From a virus (taxonomy: Duplodnaviria; Heunggongvirae; Uroviricota; Caudoviricetes): 19,525 nucleotides of DNA. Made by a program: the position numbers and the translations under genes. Below the pieces are notes generated by a model that saw only the letters and a program-made list of their open reading frames with translations, was not told the DNA's origin and did no database searches. Shown piece after piece: positions 17,201 to 19,525 of this stretch. Each line of letters starts with the position of its first letter. The first letter of the stretch is position 1. The DNA lies in IMG/VR virus record IMGVR_UViG_2579778674_000015, positions 1-19,525 of that record; one strand, 5' to 3'.

Positions 17201-18119
17201 TGACGACTATAGCCTTTTTGCCCTGTATACCATCTCGATAAGTATCTGCCCAAGCGTGCAACGTTTGATGCAGCACTGAATGATCAGTGGAGCCCGCCGG
17301 TACGGTGTAAAGGATAGGAGTGACCCCTTTGGCCTCCCACTCGATGGCTTTCCGGTGCTCCTGCCCCGGCTCACACTCCCCCAGTGCCCATACTTGTGGT
17401 GTGACTTCACCGAGCCTCCGATCTGCTGCAAGCGCATCCATCATGTAGCGCAGTACCGGGTCGTTGATGCTGTAGCCAACGAAGCAGACCACATAGTTAC
17501 GAAATAACTCACTCACAAAGCGAGCTGCCCAACGCTCAGTGAGATAAGCCAAGCCAAAGTCACCGCTGGTAACAACCAGACGATTCAGGGCAGTATCATC
17601 CGCCTTTTCCGGTAACAGCCCATGCAGGTATACAAGTCCATCCCAGCGGCTGTTTTTTGGAATTGGCAGCATCGGCGCTACATAGGCCTGAAAAGCCTGG
17701 CCTGTACGTTTAGCTGCCACATGAAAGAGACGGTCAAAGTTGGTAGTGACCAATCGAAGGGCACCCTCGCGGCTACGGGCTAAACGTAACAGCGCCGCCT
17801 GAGTATCAATAGCGCCCCTACGACGGAGCTTTGGCTTAAGGGCTTTTTCCAACGCGCGTCGGACGGCTATACGCTGCCCTGGTAAGCGCCGTTCCAGCAA
17901 ATCTAATGTGCCGTCAAATTGCCCACGCTCGAAAACCTCACGCTCAATTTCTGAAAGTGTTGTTCCGTTCCTCTGGTAAATTAGTTCTACCAACCCTTTG
18001 AAACCAGGTAAACCAGCAGGGTAGGAAATGCCTGCTCCACAGAAGAACACAACGCGCCCTTCCTCGTGCGCCTGCAAAAGCTCATCAGGAATATCAGGGC
18101 CGTTGGTAATGAATTGCAT
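14292..18119 (-). CDS. Large SIR2-domain protein (1275 aa): N-terminal sirtuin-like NADase domain plus ~1000-aa unassigned Trp-rich C-terminal region; candidate single-gene anti-phage defence
   Basis: Uninterrupted 3.8-kb ORF, strong SD AGGAGG 7 nt before ATG at 18119. N-terminus has VVFFCGAGISYPAGLPGF (glycine-rich NAD-binding loop), LVTTNFDRL (N127) and LVYLHGLL (H166), matching the Asn/His arrangement of SIR2 defence NADases. The remainder shows no motif I recognise. Confidence 0.8.
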   Translation of the reverse strand: MQFITNGPDIPDELLQAHEEGRVVFFCGAGISYPAGLPGFKGLVELIYQRNGTTLSEIEREVFERGQFDGTLDLLERRLPGQRIAVRRALEKALKPKLRRRGAIDTQAALLRLARSREGALRLVTTNFDRLFHVAAKRTGQAFQAYVAPMLPIPKNSRWDGLVYLHGLLPEKADDTALNRLVVTSGDFGLAYLTERWAARFVSELFRNYVVCFVGYSINDPVLRYMMDALAADRRLGEVTPQVWALGECEPGQEHRKAIEWEAKGVTPILYTVPAGSTDHSVLHQTLHAWADTYRDGIQGKKAIVVKHALARPQDSTRQDDFVGRMLWALSDKSGLPAKRFAELNPAPPLDWLLKAFSDERFKYSDLPRFCVSPHVEIDPKLRFSLVQRPAPYELAPQMSLVSGCVSASKWDDVMSHIARWLVRYLGDPRLIIWIAERGGQIHDRWMFLIESELDRLAALMRERKTSELDEILLHSPLAIPGPPMSTLWRLLLSGRVKSPLQNLDLYRWQNRLKNEGLTTTLRLELRGLLSPKVMLRRPFRYSEDDSSSTDEPLRIKQLVDWELVLTADYVRSTLFDLADESWKSSLPYLLEDFQQLLRDALDLLRELGESDDRHDRSHWDLPSITPHWQNRGFRDWVSLIELLRDSWLAVRAKDSDQASRIAQNWFELPYPTFKRLALFAASQDNCIPPERWVNWLLEDGSWWLWATDTRREVFRLFVLQGRHLTGIAQERLETAILAGPPREMYEDNLEADRWHYLVAHSVWLCLAKLRGAGLVLGESAATRLTEISTAYPKWQLATNERDEFSHWMSGTGDPGFEESIDVDIAPRKWQELVQWLAKPMPERLPFYEDTWSDVCRTRFFHSLYALRKLSQDDVWPVGRWREALQTWAEPGMILRSWRYAAPLVLDMPDAVLQEISHAVTWWMEEASKTILCHEEILLALCRRVLMIETSPESSTIRNGIETYDPVSTAINHPIGHVTQSLITLWFKQNPNDNDLLPVELKTLFTKLCNVQIELFRHGRVLLGSRLIAFFRVDRPWTEQYLLPLFAWSNPVEAKAVWEGFLWSPRLYEPLLIAFKSDFLESANHYSDLGEHRQQFAIFLTYAALGPTEGYTVEEFRTAISALPQEGLEVAAQALYQALEGAGDQREEYWKNRVQPFWQQVWPKSRNLATPRISESLTRMVIAARGEFPAALAVVQDWLQPLEHLSYDVRLLLESDICSRYPADALSLLNAVIAEQHWGPRELGQCLLQIVQAAPQLEQDVRYQRLNEYSRRRSV

Positions 18120-18169
18120 TCCTTTTCCTCCTATCCAATGTGCACGTTCATTCGAGTAAATGAAGGCAA

Positions 18170-18215
18170 GGGGTTACATCTTATTATACCGACCGTGCAA
18201 ATCCGGCTTCCTAGC
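18170..18215 (-). promoter_or_regulatory. Candidate promoter for the SIR2 gene in the int-SIR2 intergenic region
   Basis: Perfect -10 TATAAT on the minus strand (plus 18183-18188), ~60 nt upstream of the ATG; only a poor -35 (TTGCAC-like, wrongly spaced). Confidence 0.25.
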
Positions 18216-18301
18216 AAGCTACTTTACTTGCCAACTCATAATGTCCGAACTCCGAACAAAGCGGACTGCTAGATTTGATTGCGTTCTAGCTACGCAAAAT
18301 A

Positions 18302-19525
18302 TCATTTCGAGCCTGAACGAGTACAAGTAACAATCGATTCAACTCTCTCCCACCATGCCTGGTAGGCTTTACGCTGTTCTTCTAGATAATCACTCTTGTC
18401 ATAAACTTGCCATACACCTGGCAGTTTATGACCGAGCATTATTTCAGCAATATGAGGCGCAGTAAGATCAGAAAAGTTTGTTCGTGCTGTTCGTCTCAAA
18501 TCATGAAGAGACCAGTGAGGAAATTGATACCCCAAACGCCGCCATGCGTACTGCATTAAATTGTAAGGCAGCGACTGCAATGATGTCCGACCAACTGGTT
18601 CCCTGCTTCCTTCCTTAGTAAAAAGCATATCGGAACCGTTGTTCATAGAGATAACGTATTTTATAAGCTCTTCAACCGGTTCAATAATGGGCCGCTTTAG
18701 CGGTTCGCCTGTTATATCCCCTGTCTTATGTCGTTCTGGTGGTACAGTCCATATTTTATTAATGAAATCAAAATCGTCCACCTTGGCAGTAATTAGCTCT
18801 GAACTACGGCAACCAAAATGCAGCAATAGTTTAATGAAGGCCCGGTATTTAGGAACCATTCGAGAACCATCGATCGCAGCATAAAGGATTTTAATTTCAT
18901 CATGTGTCAGAAACCGTTTCTTCTGACCTTTACGGATATCCATATCTTTACCCGTGATATCCGACAGCGGGCGAGTTTCAATGAGCTTTCTCTTATACGC
19001 CCAGACATGGGCCTGCTTTGCGTTAATTAGCAATCGGTCTGCTATTGCTGGAGTCTTAGTGCTAAGAGGCTCCAGGACTTCTAACCAATCATGCAATGTA
19101 GCTGCATCGTGAGGGATATTCCCGATTTTAGAGAACAGGTGCAGCTCAAACGAGCGGAGTATCTGTTCAGAACCTTTTTTATTTTTTACACAATATGCTT
19201 CATACCAAGCACGGATCACAGATTCTACCGTCATGGCTTCAGTAGCTTTACGTTTTTCTGCCAGCTTGACCAATCGTGGATTGCGGTTTGACTCGAGTTC
19301 ACCACGAAGACGGATAACTTCTTCTCTGGCCTCTTTTAGTCCAGTTGCCGGGTAAGTTCCGATATCAAGACGCTCACCTTTCCCCGCCCACTGATAACGA
19401 TATTGGAACACTACGCGACCTTTCGGTGATACTCTAACAGACAGACCATCACGATCGGATTTAACCAAAACCTTATCACGTTCCTTTCCAACGACTGAAC
19501 GCAACCACGCATCAGACAGCGCCAT
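18302..19525 (-). CDS. int: Tyrosine integrase (P4-type, N-terminal arm-binding domain plus catalytic domain)
   Basis: 407 aa; start codon is the last three bases of the window (MALSDAWLRS...). Typical N-terminus (GLSVRVSPKGRVVFQYRYQWAGKGERLDIGTYP), HDLRRTARTN box and C-terminal Tyr region (WQVYDKSDY). Confidence 0.9.
   Translation of the reverse strand: MALSDAWLRSVVGKERDKVLVKSDRDGLSVRVSPKGRVVFQYRYQWAGKGERLDIGTYPATGLKEAREEVIRLRGELESNRNPRLVKLAEKRKATEAMTVESVIRAWYEAYCVKNKKGSEQILRSFELHLFSKIGNIPHDAATLHDWLEVLEPLSTKTPAIADRLLINAKQAHVWAYKRKLIETRPLSDITGKDMDIRKGQKKRFLTHDEIKILYAAIDGSRMVPKYRAFIKLLLHFGCRSSELITAKVDDFDFINKIWTVPPERHKTGDITGEPLKRPIIEPVEELIKYVISMNNGSDMLFTKEGSREPVGRTSLQSLPYNLMQYAWRRLGYQFPHWSLHDLRRTARTNFSDLTAPHIAEIMLGHKLPGVWQVYDKSDYLEEQRKAYQAWWERVESIVTCTRSGSK

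Larger units (their letters stand above)
1..19525. mobile_element. Lambdoid prophage segment (integrase to lysis cassette); both ends lie outside the window
   Basis: Gene order int / xis-like / early-left / cI <-> cro / replication / nin (rusA, dam) / Q / terminator / holin-endolysin matches lambda-type prophage organisation. Integrase start codon sits exactly at the right edge and the endolysin C-terminus runs off the left edge. Confidence 0.85.

Noticed and set aside
14508-17507. Plus-strand ORFs of 60-111 aa and small minus ORFs inside the SIR2 gene
   Set aside because: Embedded in a single uninterrupted 3.8-kb reading frame with strong start signals; no support as separate genes.
1-19525. 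CRISPR arrays, rRNA genes, IS elements
   Set aside because: No regularly spaced short direct repeats with unique spacers, no rRNA-like segments, no transposase ORFs or terminal inverted repeats seen; the only tandem repeats are those reported.

Overview
This window reads as the early/regulatory half of a lambda-ordered enterobacterial prophage, mostly on the minus strand. From the right edge it runs: P4-type tyrosine integrase, a 1275-aa SIR2-domain protein, an excisionase-like gene and early-left accessory genes on the plus strand (DUF2303-like, HD-domain phosphohydrolase, DUF551-like), a CI-type repressor divergent from a Cro-like gene, a replication/nin block (initiator-like protein with iteron-like repeats, Dam-like methyltransferase, LexA-DBD-only protein, RusA, KilA-N protein, HNH-motif protein), a Q-like antiterminator with a downstream terminator, a second methyltransferase in the late-operon moron slot, and a phage-21-type pinholin / SAR-endolysin cassette at the left edge. 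The most interesting element is the integrase-adjacent SIR2 gene (14292-18119): it has the NAD-binding and Asn/His motifs of defence-associated sirtuin NADases, but about 1000 residues of Trp-rich C-terminal sequence that I cannot assign to any domain. It is a strong candidate single-gene anti-phage (abortive infection) system carried as prophage cargo. Second, the endolysin is inactivated by a perfect 38-bp tandem duplication, so the prophage is probably lysis-defective. All family assignments come from motif recognition by eye; no database search was run. No CRISPR array, rRNA or convincing tRNA was seen.
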